From: an uncultured Actinomycetota bacterium
Lineage (GTDB): Bacteria; Actinomycetota; Actinomycetes; Actinomycetales; Microbacteriaceae
Assembly (NCBI GenBank): GCA_963716965.1
Contig: CAVQUZ010000001.1
Span: 524,061 to 588,060, forward strand
Length of the DNA stretch: 64,000 nt
Direction of reading: 5' to 3'
The position numbers and the translations under genes are program-made. Every line of letters starts with the position of its first letter. The first letter of the stretch is position 1. The notes under the pieces were generated by a model, which saw only the letters and a list, made by a program, of their open reading frames with translations, was not told the origin of the DNA and did no database searches. Of this stretch, positions 29,174 to 39,220 are shown in pieces.

Positions 29174-31399
29174 TTAGGACCTGGGGTCCGCCAGCCGCAC
29201 GGGCGCGGATCCGGCGGCCGGGGCCGCTGCGTTGGCCGAGACGCCCGCGCCGACGGGTACCTCGGGCTGTGCGTCCTCGGTCGCGGCGAGATGGGCCGCG
29301 GCCGCCTTGTCCGCCTGCTCCTGCAGGGCCGACACCCGCCGCAGCGGCGGCACCTTGAAGAACCAGGTGATGACGAAGGCGACGAGCACCACGAGCAGCG
29401 CGATCCAGTAGATCTGCACCGCCGAGGCGTTGAAGCCGGTGAGGAACGGCCTGGAGAGCCGCTTGTCGGCGCCGTTCAGGAACGAGGTGTCACTCGTCGC
29501 GCTGTTGGAGGACGCGGACGCCTTGGTGTTCGTGCCCTTCTTCAGCTGGGAGATGAGCGTCGGCGTGATCTGGTTCACGCAGTACGTGCGCTGGCCCGCG
29601 TTCGACCAATCGACCGCGAGTTCACCGTTCACCACGCTGGCGTGGGCCTTGGCCGCCGCCGACTTCAGCGCCGCCGCGGTCGCCTTCGTGGTCGCCGCGG
29701 GGATCTGCGACTGCGCTGCTGCCTCGGCCGCCGGAAGGGCCGCCGCGACCTGCTGTGCGATGACCGCGGAGGCCCCCGACGACGGCAGGACGCCGGCGGC
29801 GACCTGCGCGTCGACGGCGGCGGTCACCTTGGCGGTGACCGTCTTCGTGACGGCGGCGTTCACCTGGGTGGGCACGGCCTTCGCGACGGCGGTCTTCACC
29901 TGCGTGGTCGCCGTGTCGAGCTTCGCGGCGATGGTCGACTTGATCGGCGTCACGATCGGGGTCCACAGCTGCTTCATGATCGCCGCATTGTTCGAGGCGG
30001 CGGCGACCGACGGCGTGAGCGCGGCATCGAGGCCCGAGGTCAGCGTCGCCTTGTTCTCCGTGGCCGTCAGGATGTTGCCTGGCAGGGCCGCGAAGAGGAC
30101 CGACAGCAGGATGGCCGTGCCGAGCGTGCCGCCGATCTGGCGGAAGAAGGTCGACGCGCTGGTGGCGACGCCCATGTCCCGCGGCCCGACGGAGTTCTGG
30201 CTGGCGAGCGTCAGCGTCTGCATCAGCTGGCCGAGGCCGAGGCCGACCAGGAACATCCCGATCATCATGTACCAGAGCGGTTTGTCGATCGTGATCGTCG
30301 TCAGGAAGAAGAAGCCGATGGAGAGGATCGCCGTACCGGTCACCGGGAAGATGCGGTAGTGCCCGGTGCGGGAGACGATCTGGCCCGAGCCGATCGCCGC
30401 GATCATCAGACCGAGCATCATCGGCAGGGTGGCGAACCCGGATTCGGTCGCGGACAGTCCGAGCACGATCTGCAGGTAGAGCGGCAGGGTCAGCAGCGCG
30501 CCGAACATGCCGAAGCCGACGAGCACGCCGAGGATCGTCGCCGTCGAGAAGACCCGCGAGCGGAAGAGCTTCAGCGGGATGATCGCGTCGTCCTTCATGA
30601 TCGTCTCGGCGATGAAGAAGCCGATCAGACCGAGTCCGGAGATCACGTAGCAGGTGATGGACCCGGCCGATCCCCAGCCCCAGGTGCGGCCCTGCTCGGC
30701 GACCAGCAGCGCGGGCACGAGGGTCGCGATGACCGCGGCCGCGCCGAACCAGTCGATGCGCACGGACCGCGCGCCGAACCGCGGCAGGTGCAGGAACGCG
30801 AGCACCATCAGCAGTGCGACCGCACCGATCGGCACGTTGATCAGGAAGACCCAGCGCCATCCCGGGATGAACAGGATCTGGCTCGCGCCGGCGAAGAGAC
30901 CGCCGATGAGCGGGCCGATGACCGAGGAGATGCCGAAGACGGCCAGGAAGTAGCCCTGGTACTTGGCGCGCTCGCGGGGTGCGAGCATGTCGCCCATGAT
31001 CGCGAGCGGCAGCGACATGAGGCCGCCGGCGCCGATGCCCTGGATGGCGCGGAATCCGGCGAGCATCAGCATCGACGTCGAGAACGACGAGGCCAGCGAG
31101 CCGGCCACGAAGATCGTGATCGCGAAGATGTACAGCGGCCGACGGCCGAAGATGTCGGAGAGCTTGCCGTAGATCGGCGTCGCGATCGTCGAGGTGATGA
31201 GGTAGGCGGTGGTCACCCAGGCCTGCTGATCGAGGCCGTGCAGGTCGTCGCCGATGGTGCGGATCGCGGTGCCGACGATCGTCTGGTCGAGCGCGGAGAG
31301 GAACATGCCGGCCATCAGGCCGTAGATCACCAGCAATATCTGCCGGTGGGACATGACGGCCGAGTGGGGCTGCCCGGTCGTTGCTGTTGCGGTGGTCAC
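29174..31399 (-). CDS. MFS transporter, DHA2 (EmrB/QacA) 14-TM drug:H+ antiporter family, with a large repetitive insert before the last TM
   Basis: GTG at 31399 with a GAAGGA RBS. It has MFS motif A (GKLSDIFGRRPLY), 13 TMs, then a roughly 200-aa Ala/Thr/Val/Lys-rich repetitive region, a final TM (IYWIALLVVLVAFVITWFF) and an Ala-rich tail. Confidence 0.85.
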   Translation of the reverse strand: MTTATATTGQPHSAVMSHRQILLVIYGLMAGMFLSALDQTIVGTAIRTIGDDLHGLDQQAWVTTAYLITSTIATPIYGKLSDIFGRRPLYIFAITIFVAGSLASSFSTSMLMLAGFRAIQGIGAGGLMSLPLAIMGDMLAPRERAKYQGYFLAVFGISSVIGPLIGGLFAGASQILFIPGWRWVFLINVPIGAVALLMVLAFLHLPRFGARSVRIDWFGAAAVIATLVPALLVAEQGRTWGWGSAGSITCYVISGLGLIGFFIAETIMKDDAIIPLKLFRSRVFSTATILGVLVGFGMFGALLTLPLYLQIVLGLSATESGFATLPMMLGLMIAAIGSGQIVSRTGHYRIFPVTGTAILSIGFFFLTTITIDKPLWYMMIGMFLVGLGLGQLMQTLTLASQNSVGPRDMGVATSASTFFRQIGGTLGTAILLSVLFAALPGNILTATENKATLTSGLDAALTPSVAAASNNAAIMKQLWTPIVTPIKSTIAAKLDTATTQVKTAVAKAVPTQVNAAVTKTVTAKVTAAVDAQVAAGVLPSSGASAVIAQQVAAALPAAEAAAQSQIPAATTKATAAALKSAAAKAHASVVNGELAVDWSNAGQRTYCVNQITPTLISQLKKGTNTKASASSNSATSDTSFLNGADKRLSRPFLTGFNASAVQIYWIALLVVLVAFVITWFFKVPPLRRVSALQEQADKAAAAHLAATEDAQPEVPVGAGVSANAAAPAAGSAPVRLADPRS

Positions 31400-31465
31400 G
31401 TAGGGTCCTTCGAGAGTGGGCGCCGGCGCACGGAGGCGCCGACGCGCTCCCTGCGCGCCAATGCA

Positions 31466-31514
31466 TTGCAGTGACTGCAAATTTACGTCACGTGCAACCT
31501 TGCATCAACTGCAA
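31466..31514. promoter_or_regulatory. Two 15-bp palindromic sites, TTGCAGTGACTGCAA (perfect) and TTGCATCAACTGCAA (one mismatch), centres 34 bp apart; candidate repressor operator upstream of the MFS gene
   Basis: They sit 67-115 bp upstream of the MFS start in an AT-richer stretch (caaatttacgtcacgtgcaa), and additional TGCAA half-sites lie between them. Confidence 0.5.
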
Positions 31515-31573
31515 ATCGCGGCGTGTCGCTGGGACTTCCCTGTGTCGCGCCCTGGCCATGCGGGCGTCGAGCC

Positions 31574-32428
31574 CTAGGCCGCCGGCGACAGCGGAGCGGC
31601 ACCGTTGCGCGTCGCTGCTCCCTCCAGGTGCAGCAGCGCGTCGAGTGAGGCGGTCGATGCCGTCTCCTTGGCCAGGAAGGCGCCGAGTTCGCTGATCGTG
31701 CTCATCAGCGGTGCGGGGAACACCACCGTGGTGTTCTTGTCGACACCCAGTTCGACGAGCGTCTGCAGGTTGCGCAGTTGCAGCGCGAGCGGATGCGCCA
31801 TCATCGTGTCGCTCGCTGCCCCGAGCGCGGCGGCCGCGAGGGATTCGCCCTCGGCGGCGATGATCTTCGCGCGCTTCTCCCGCTCGGCCTCCGCCTGCCT
31901 GGCCATCGCGCGCTTCATGCTGTCGGGCAGCTGGATGTCCTTCAGTTCGACGAGGGTGACCTCGACACCCCAGGCGATCGTCGTCACGTCGAGGATCTCG
32001 CGGATTCCCGCGTTGATCACGTCGGTCTCCGAGAGGGTCTCGTCGAGCGTGTGCTGCCCGACCACCTTCCGCAGCGTGGTCTGGGCGATCTGATCGATGG
32101 CCGCGGTGACGTTCTCGATCGCGACGACCGACTTCACCGCATCCACCACGCGGAAGTACGCGACGGCCGATATGTCGACGCTCACGTTGTCCTTCGTGAT
32201 GATGCCCTGCGACTGGATCGGCATCGTGACGATGCGCATCGCCACCTTCGTGAGCCGGTCGATGACGGGGATGATGACCGCCAGTCCGGGCGCTTTGGTT
32301 CCCACCACCCGCCCCAAGCGGAAGAGCACTCCCGTCTCATACTGCGTGACCACGTGCAGCGACATGCCGGCGACGACGACCACCACGAGGACCAGCGCGG
32401 CGATCCCCAATACGAGACCGATCGTCAT
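31574..32428 (-). CDS. SPFH/band-7 (stomatin-like) membrane protein
   Basis: An N-terminal TM is followed by an SPFH domain (YETGVLFRLGRVVGTKAPGLAVIIPVIDRL ... ITKDNVSVDISAVAYFRVVD) and a coiled-coil Ala/Glu-rich segment (ARQAEAEREKRAKIIAAEGE). Confidence 0.85.
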   Translation of the reverse strand: MTIGLVLGIAALVLVVVVVAGMSLHVVTQYETGVLFRLGRVVGTKAPGLAVIIPVIDRLTKVAMRIVTMPIQSQGIITKDNVSVDISAVAYFRVVDAVKSVVAIENVTAAIDQIAQTTLRKVVGQHTLDETLSETDVINAGIREILDVTTIAWGVEVTLVELKDIQLPDSMKRAMARQAEAEREKRAKIIAAEGESLAAAALGAASDTMMAHPLALQLRNLQTLVELGVDKNTTVVFPAPLMSTISELGAFLAKETASTASLDALLHLEGAATRNGAAPLSPAA

Positions 32429-32686
32429 CGGCGTGCAGGGCCGAGCAGCGGACCGATGTCGAGCGGGTGCGCCGGCGTCGTGCCGATCCGGCTCGCCGGG
32501 TCGACGTCGATCGGAGCGCCAGGCAGATATCCGGTCCGGTCGATCGCCGGGTGGTGACCATGTCTGTCGTCCTGCATCGCCATGAGCGGAGCGTCCTGAT
32601 CTCGAGAGGCTCGAGCCGGCCGGTCGCCGTCATCATCACCACCCACCAGTACACCCGCGCGGCGCGGGCACGGCCAGGGCCGAAGG

Positions 32687-33562
32687 TCATGCAGCGATGT
32701 CGCCGTGCACGATCGCGGTCGGTGTCTGGATGTTCATCAGGGCGTCGTGGCACACCGCGCCGAGCGCACTCGGCGACCCCGCAGGACGCCGGGCCGCGCC
32801 AAGCACCAGCAGCTGGCCGCCGAGCGCGGTCGTGACGAGCGACCGTGCGATCGATCCGCGAACGGCGCGCACCTCGACCCGGGTCCCCGGGCTCGCGTCG
32901 AGCGCCGAAGCGCGGAACCGGCCGAGCAGGCGCTCCGCGCCCAGGAGACCGGACTCGCTCCGCGTCGCCTCCTCGGTCTCCGTCGCGGGGAGCGCCCAGA
33001 CGCGCACGATCAGCAGCGTCGTCCCCATGGACGCCGCCTCGCCGATCGCGAAGGCGAGCGCGGCCCGACCGGTCTCCGACTCGTCGGCCCCGAGCACGAC
33101 GGCCCCCTGCGCGGCCACCGGCAGCGCGGGGACGACGACGACCGGGCATCGGGCCGTCGCGGCGAGCTGCAGGCTGGTCGACCCGTAGACGGTGCCCTGG
33201 ATGAATCCGGACTTGTGCGTGCCGACGACGACCATCGCGGCGCGCGGCGTGGCTGCTCCCAGCGCCCACATCACACTGCCGTGCGTACGCCCCGTGCGAA
33301 CACGGATGGCCGAGTCGACCGAATGGACGAACAGGAGCTCGCGGGCGAGCAGCTCCCGCGCGCCGCGCGCCGGCCCGGGCAGTGTCCGGGTCCGCACGTG
33401 CAGCAGTGCGATCGGGGCGCCGGTGGCCGAAGCGTGGCGGGCGGCCCACCACACGGCGGCATGGGCGGATCCGGTGTCGGCGACACCGACGACGATCTCG
33501 GCGTCGTGGGAAGGCGCCGAAGCACGACCGAGCACGCGGTTCGGGTACGCGCGGGCGGTCAT
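32687..33562 (-). CDS. Tandem universal stress protein (two UspA domains)
   Basis: Two repeated Usp halves (IVVGVADTGSAHAAVWWAARHA ... VVVGTHKSGFIQGTVYGSTSLQLAATARCPVVVVP, and AVVLGADESETGRAALAFAIGEA ... LVLGAARRPAGSPSALGAVCHDALMNIQTPTAIV). The start could be 33604. Confidence 0.8.
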   Translation of the reverse strand: MTARAYPNRVLGRASAPSHDAEIVVGVADTGSAHAAVWWAARHASATGAPIALLHVRTRTLPGPARGARELLARELLFVHSVDSAIRVRTGRTHGSVMWALGAATPRAAMVVVGTHKSGFIQGTVYGSTSLQLAATARCPVVVVPALPVAAQGAVVLGADESETGRAALAFAIGEAASMGTTLLIVRVWALPATETEEATRSESGLLGAERLLGRFRASALDASPGTRVEVRAVRGSIARSLVTTALGGQLLVLGAARRPAGSPSALGAVCHDALMNIQTPTAIVHGDIAA

Positions 33563-33696
33563 CCGCCCAAGCTCGTCGCGCCCACGCCCTCCGGCTAGTG
33601 CCAAACGACCCGTCTCGCCTCTGCCATGCGCTCTACACTCGAAGAGCAGCCCTGACGACTTTTCCGCGGGACGGCTCCCGATGCGGAGGTGGTCCA

Positions 33697-35258
33697 GTGG
33701 ACGGCGTCGGTGGCGGGCCGCCCGGCGACGCGGTCTCGGCCGTCGCGGAGTCCGAGATCGACGCCGCGCTCGAAGGCGTCCTCGTCGCCGCCGATCGCCT
33801 GCTCGGTGCCGGATACAGCGCGGTCGCGGACATCACCGCTCCCGGTGGCGCCATGCGCGCGGCGCACCGGCACCTCGGCGCGGAGCACATCGCACTGCTC
33901 GAATCCGGCTTCCGACTCACGGGACTCATGGATCGGCTGCTCGACGCGACCGACCTCGAGGACCGAGCCGACCCGGGTGCCGCAGGCGACGACCCGCCGC
34001 TGCGGGTGATGGCGGTTCCGGTCAGGTGGGCGGGTGCGGCTCGGGGCGCTCTCGTCGTGGCTGCAGTCAGGTCGACCCCGTTCACGGAGGACGACGCGGC
34101 CGTGCTCGGCTCTCTGGCGGCGACCGCGGCGGTCGCGTTGGGCTACGCCGAACTGCGCGCCGCCGCACGCCATCGACAGGCGTGGGCCGATGCATCGGCC
34201 GAGACGTCGGCTGCGCTGCTCACCGGCGAGCTCGAGGACCCGGCGGGATTCCTCGTGGCACGCCTCCGCGCCGTCGCCGACGACGCGTACGCGTCCGTCA
34301 TGCGTGTCAGCGACGGCCGGCTCGGCGTCGCGGGCGTCATAGGGCTGGACGGTCTCGGCGTAGGCGACGAGGTGGCCCTCAGGGATTCCGTGGCGGGCAT
34401 CGTCCTCGAGTCGCGACAGCCCAGACGCACCGATGCCGGGTCCCTCACGTCGACGGCCACCGAAGGTGCCGGGGGCCCCCTGATGGTCGCGCCGATGCGC
34501 TCCTCGGAGGGGGTGATCGGTGTGGTGGGGCTGGGACGGCTCGCCGGCGCCCCGCGCTACTCGACCGTCGAGCTCGGGCACTTCGCCGACTTCGTGGACC
34601 ATGCCACCGTCGCGCTGCTCCTGGCGGAGGCGAGGGCGGACCGGGACCGTGGCCTGCTGCTCGAGGATCGCGCCCGCATCGCCCGCGATCTGCACGACAC
34701 CGTCATCCAGCAGTTGTTCGCCGCCGGTCTCGAATTGCGGGCGACCGCCGCGGACGTGGCGGATGCACGGGTGCAGGCCGGCGTCCGGCACACGGTGACG
34801 CTCATCGACGCGTCCATCAGCCGGATCCGGACGGCGGTGCTCGCGATCTCGGCGGATCCAGCACACGGGTCCCTCCGGCACCGGATCCTGGACATCGTGA
34901 GCGACCTGCGGCGCGAGTTCGCCGAGCCCCCCGAGCTCCGGTTCGAGGGACCGATCGAACTCGTCTCGGACGGCGGCCTGGACGACGACCTCGTCGCGGT
35001 GGTGCGGGAGGCGTTGACCAACGTCGCACGGCACGCCGCTGCCGCGCGCACCGGTGTCCGCATCGCGGTCGTCGGGGAGCGGATCCGCGTGGAGGTGTGG
35101 GACGACGGGCGGGGTATGCCGTCACGACCGGAGCGGCGTGGGCTCGCGAACCTCGCCGAACGCGCGGCGCACCGCGGCGGCACATTCACCGTCGACAGCG
35201 CGTCGGGCACGACCCGTGCGGGTGGACCGTGCCGCACGGCACTGCGAGTGCGGCGTGA
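33697..35258 (+). CDS. Sensor histidine kinase with N-terminal GAF domain(s), HisKA_3 dimerisation and HATPase_c (DevS/DosS / NarX-like); 3' end ambiguous
   Basis: GTG after a GGAGG box. A GAF region is followed by HisKA_3 (RARIARDLHDTVIQQLFAAGLEL with the phospho-His) and HATPase (LVAVVREALTNVARHA ... VWDDGRGMP ... GLANLAERAAHRGGTFTVDSASG). The reading frame has no stop until 36351. A TGA in frame 0 overlaps the RR start as GTGA, implying a local frame problem. Confidence 0.7.
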
Positions 35259-35907
35259 GCGCGCCGATCCGCGTCTTCCTCGTCGACGACCACGAGCTCG
35301 TCCGCCGGGGCATCGCGTCGTTCCTCAGATCGGCTCCCGACATCGTCATCGTCGGCGAGGCGTCGACCGGAGCCCAGGCCACGAGCCGGATCGGCGTCAT
35401 GCTGCCCGACGTCGTCCTGCTCGACGTTCGGCTTCCCGATCGCAGCGGTATCGACGTGTGCCGAGAGCTCAAAGTGCGTTCGCCGCAGGTCGCCTGCATC
35501 ATCGTCACGGCATACGACGACGACGCCGCGATCCTCGCCGCGGTCGTGGCAGGCGCCGCGGGTTACGTGCGGAAGGACGTGGCCGGCAGTGCCCTCGTGG
35601 ACGGTATCCGCGCAGCGGCCGCCGGGCGCTCGCTGCTGGACGCGGCCCTCGTCGAACGCGTCAATCGACAGCTGCGGGACGCACGCCTCGGCCACGCGCG
35701 TCTCGCGGACCTCAGCCGACGAGAGGCCGAGGTGCTCGGGCTGATCGCGGACGGGCTGACGAATCGCGAGATCGCCCGCACGATGTCCCTCGCCGAGAAG
35801 ACGGTGAAGAACTACGTGTCCAGCCTGCTCTCGAAGCTCGGCCTGCGGACCCGGACCCAGGCGGCCGTGCTGCGCACGACGGCGTCGGCGACCGACAGCC
35901 CGCCGGA

Positions 35908-35914
<7 letters not shown>
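35255..35914 (+). CDS. LuxR/NarL-family response regulator (REC + HTH)
   Basis: The REC domain (IRVFLVDDHELVRRGIASFLRS ... VVLLDVRLPDRSG) is followed by a LuxR HTH (LSRREAEVLGLIADGLTNREIARTMSLAEKTVKNYVSSLLSKLG). Confidence 0.9.
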
Positions 35915-37005
<1,091 letters not shown>

Positions 37006-37043
37006 CGGGGCTCCTCCTGTCGGCCGTACAGACGGCCGTCTCC

Positions 37044-37484
37044 TCAGATCGGTTCGGGCACGAAGCTGATGCGGGCGGCGCGTTCGACGAGCGAATTGGA
37101 CCTCGCCAGTTCGCGCTCGCCGGCGAGCCGGAGCTGTTCGCGGCGCTCGGCGTCCTCGGTCGACACGGCGATGGACGCATTGCGGAGCATGGTGGCGATC
37201 ACCCTCGCGAGTCCCGCGCCGAGTTCCTCGAGGCTGGTGCCGCCGATCTCGAGCCTTCGGTCGACGACCTTCAGAGTCGCTGACGGGTAGCCGGCCACCA
37301 CCAGTTCGTCGTGCGCCGCGCGCCCCTCGATCCGCTCGATCTCGTGTGCGAGCGGGCGCCTCGTGAACACCGCAGGCACCGTGTACCGCGACGGTGACGA
37401 GTCGGTACCGACCTCGAGCGGCAGGGCGTGGGCGAGCACGCCGCTCAGGCCCAAGAGGTCGGGCTCCCGCACATCGGTGCTCAT
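37044..37484 (-). CDS. Hypothetical protein (146 aa), no recognisable domain; upstream of and co-oriented with the MsiK-like gene
   Basis: ATG after a GAGGAG RBS, with only 38 nt to the downstream ATPase gene. The protein is soluble and Arg/Glu-rich with helical propensity (EDAERREQLRLAGERELARSNSLVERAARIS). Confidence 0.5.
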   Translation of the reverse strand: MSTDVREPDLLGLSGVLAHALPLEVGTDSSPSRYTVPAVFTRRPLAHEIERIEGRAAHDELVVAGYPSATLKVVDRRLEIGGTSLEELGAGLARVIATMLRNASIAVSTEDAERREQLRLAGERELARSNSLVERAARISFVPEPI

Positions 37485-37693
37485 CGGCGCTCCTCGGATC
37501 CCGCCGCACCGGCGCCGGACCCCTCCGTGCCTGCTTCGACTCTGTCGTCGAGCCAACCCCCCGGCGCGCTCGGCCGGTAGGGCCGAACGGCCTGGATCCG
37601 GCTCGGGACTTTCGGCCCGATACGCCGGTACGGGGTCGAAGACGGCACCGGGGAGTGACGCGGCCGGCCCGTGCCACGCGTACGGTCCGCACC

Positions 37694-38800
37694 ATGACTG
37701 ATCTCGCGGACCGGCCCGTCCGGCGTACGGTGCCGCGCACCGCCGTGGCGGGGGCGTCGGTGCCGGCGTTCGCGAGCTCGTACACGGCGCTCGCGAAGCG
37801 CGTCAAGGCGGAACACCTCCTCGACCGCCGCGGTGGCTCCTACATCCTCAGGGGCGCCGTCCTCGTCGCGCTCTTCGCGGTCGCGTTCACCCTGCTCGCC
37901 GTCCTGGGCCGCACCTGGTGGCAGCTGCTCGTCGCGGTCGGGTTCGCGGTGCTCTTCACGCAGGCCGCATTCCTCGCGCACGACGCCGCGCACAAGCAGA
38001 TCTTCGCCTCCGGCCCGCGCGGCGAGGCGTTCTCCCGCGTGCTCGGCAACCTGGTGGTCGGACTGAGCTACGGCTGGTGGATGACGAAGCACACGCGTCA
38101 CCACGCCAACCCGAACACGATCGGGCGCGACAACGACATCGAGCCCGGCGCGATCGTGTTCGTCTCCGACGACGTGCTCGCGCGCACCGGCCTCGCCCGC
38201 TGGCTGGCGGCCAGACAGGCCCTCTTCTTCATCCCGATCCTGCTCTTCGCCGGTATGGACCTGCATCGCAACGCGGTCAAGGCGGTCCTCGGTGGGGAGC
38301 CGGTGGCGCACCGGGTGCAGGAGGGCGTGCTCATCGCCGTCCGCCTCGTCGGGTTCACCGCGCTCGTGTTCATGCTGCTCGGGCCCGCGCTCGGCGTGGT
38401 CTTCATGCTGGTCCAGCTCATGGCGTTCGGCGTCTACATGGGCGGCACCTTCGCCCTGAACCACATCGGCATGCCGCTGATCGGCCACGATCAGAAGGTG
38501 GACTTCTTGCGTCGTCAGGTCCTGACCTCGAGGAACATCGCCGGCGGATGGCCGATGGCGAAGCTCATGGGCGGCCTGAACTACCAGATCGAGCACCACC
38601 TGTTCCCGAGCATGCCGAGCGCGAATCTCGCGCGGACCCGCGTCCTCGTGCGCGCCTACTGCGCCGAACTCGGTGTGCCGTACACCGAGAACTCGTTCGC
38701 CGGGGCATGGCGGATCGTGCTCCGGTATCTGCACCGCGTCGGCATCGGCAGCATGGACCCGTTCGACTGCCCGGCAGCGGCGGCGTTCCGCACCGCCTGA
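37694..38800 (+). CDS. Membrane fatty-acid desaturase (DesA3-like acyl-lipid/acyl-CoA desaturase)
   Basis: It carries the three His boxes (HDAAHKQ, HTRHHANPN, HHLFPSMP) with intervening TM helices. 368 aa. Confidence 0.85.
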   Translation: MTDLADRPVRRTVPRTAVAGASVPAFASSYTALAKRVKAEHLLDRRGGSYILRGAVLVALFAVAFTLLAVLGRTWWQLLVAVGFAVLFTQAAFLAHDAAHKQIFASGPRGEAFSRVLGNLVVGLSYGWWMTKHTRHHANPNTIGRDNDIEPGAIVFVSDDVLARTGLARWLAARQALFFIPILLFAGMDLHRNAVKAVLGGEPVAHRVQEGVLIAVRLVGFTALVFMLLGPALGVVFMLVQLMAFGVYMGGTFALNHIGMPLIGHDQKVDFLRRQVLTSRNIAGGWPMAKLMGGLNYQIEHHLFPSMPSANLARTRVLVRAYCAELGVPYTENSFAGAWRIVLRYLHRVGIGSMDPFDCPAAAAFRTA

Positions 38801-38812
38801 CTCTCGAAAACG

Positions 38813-39199
38813 TCAGGCGGACTGCACCAGCTGCAGGAGATTGCCACAGGTGTCGTCGAGCACCGCGATGGTGACCGGTCCCGCCGGGGTCGGCGGCCGC
38901 GTGAAGGTGACGCCCGACGATCGGAGGCGCTCGTACTCCGCGTGCAGGTCGTCGACGCCGAGTTGCAGGAACGGGATGCCGTCGGCGACGAGCGCGGTGG
39001 TGAACGGACCGACCGCGGGATGCGCCTTCGGTTCGAGCAGCAGGCGCGTGCCGTCCGGTGCATCGGGCGAGACGACGGTCAGCCACCGATACTCGCCGAC
39101 CGGGACGTCAGCGGCGACCGTGAACCCGAGCACGGTCGTGTAGAACTCGAGGGCGCGCTGCTGGTCGTCGACGAACACGCTGACCGTTTGGATCCTCAT
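38813..39199 (-). CDS. VOC (glyoxalase/bleomycin-resistance/dioxygenase) family protein
   Basis: 128 aa. MRIQTVSVFVDDQQRALEFYTTVLGF is the typical VOC beta-alpha-beta-beta-beta opening. Confidence 0.75.
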   Translation of the reverse strand: MRIQTVSVFVDDQQRALEFYTTVLGFTVAADVPVGEYRWLTVVSPDAPDGTRLLLEPKAHPAVGPFTTALVADGIPFLQLGVDDLHAEYERLRSSGVTFTRPPTPAGPVTIAVLDDTCGNLLQLVQSA

Positions 39200-39220
39200 G
39201 TTCGACAGGCTGCCACGCCG

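Noticed and set aside
29141-31474. 777-aa plus-strand ORF
   Set aside because: It is antisense to the MFS transporter and has low-complexity Arg/Gly/Asp composition with no family signal.
32429-32686. NfeD-like partner gene expected next to the SPFH/band-7 gene
   Set aside because: The 258-bp gap contains only a 73-codon Asp/Arg-rich ORF with no membrane segment. No NfeD homologue is present here.
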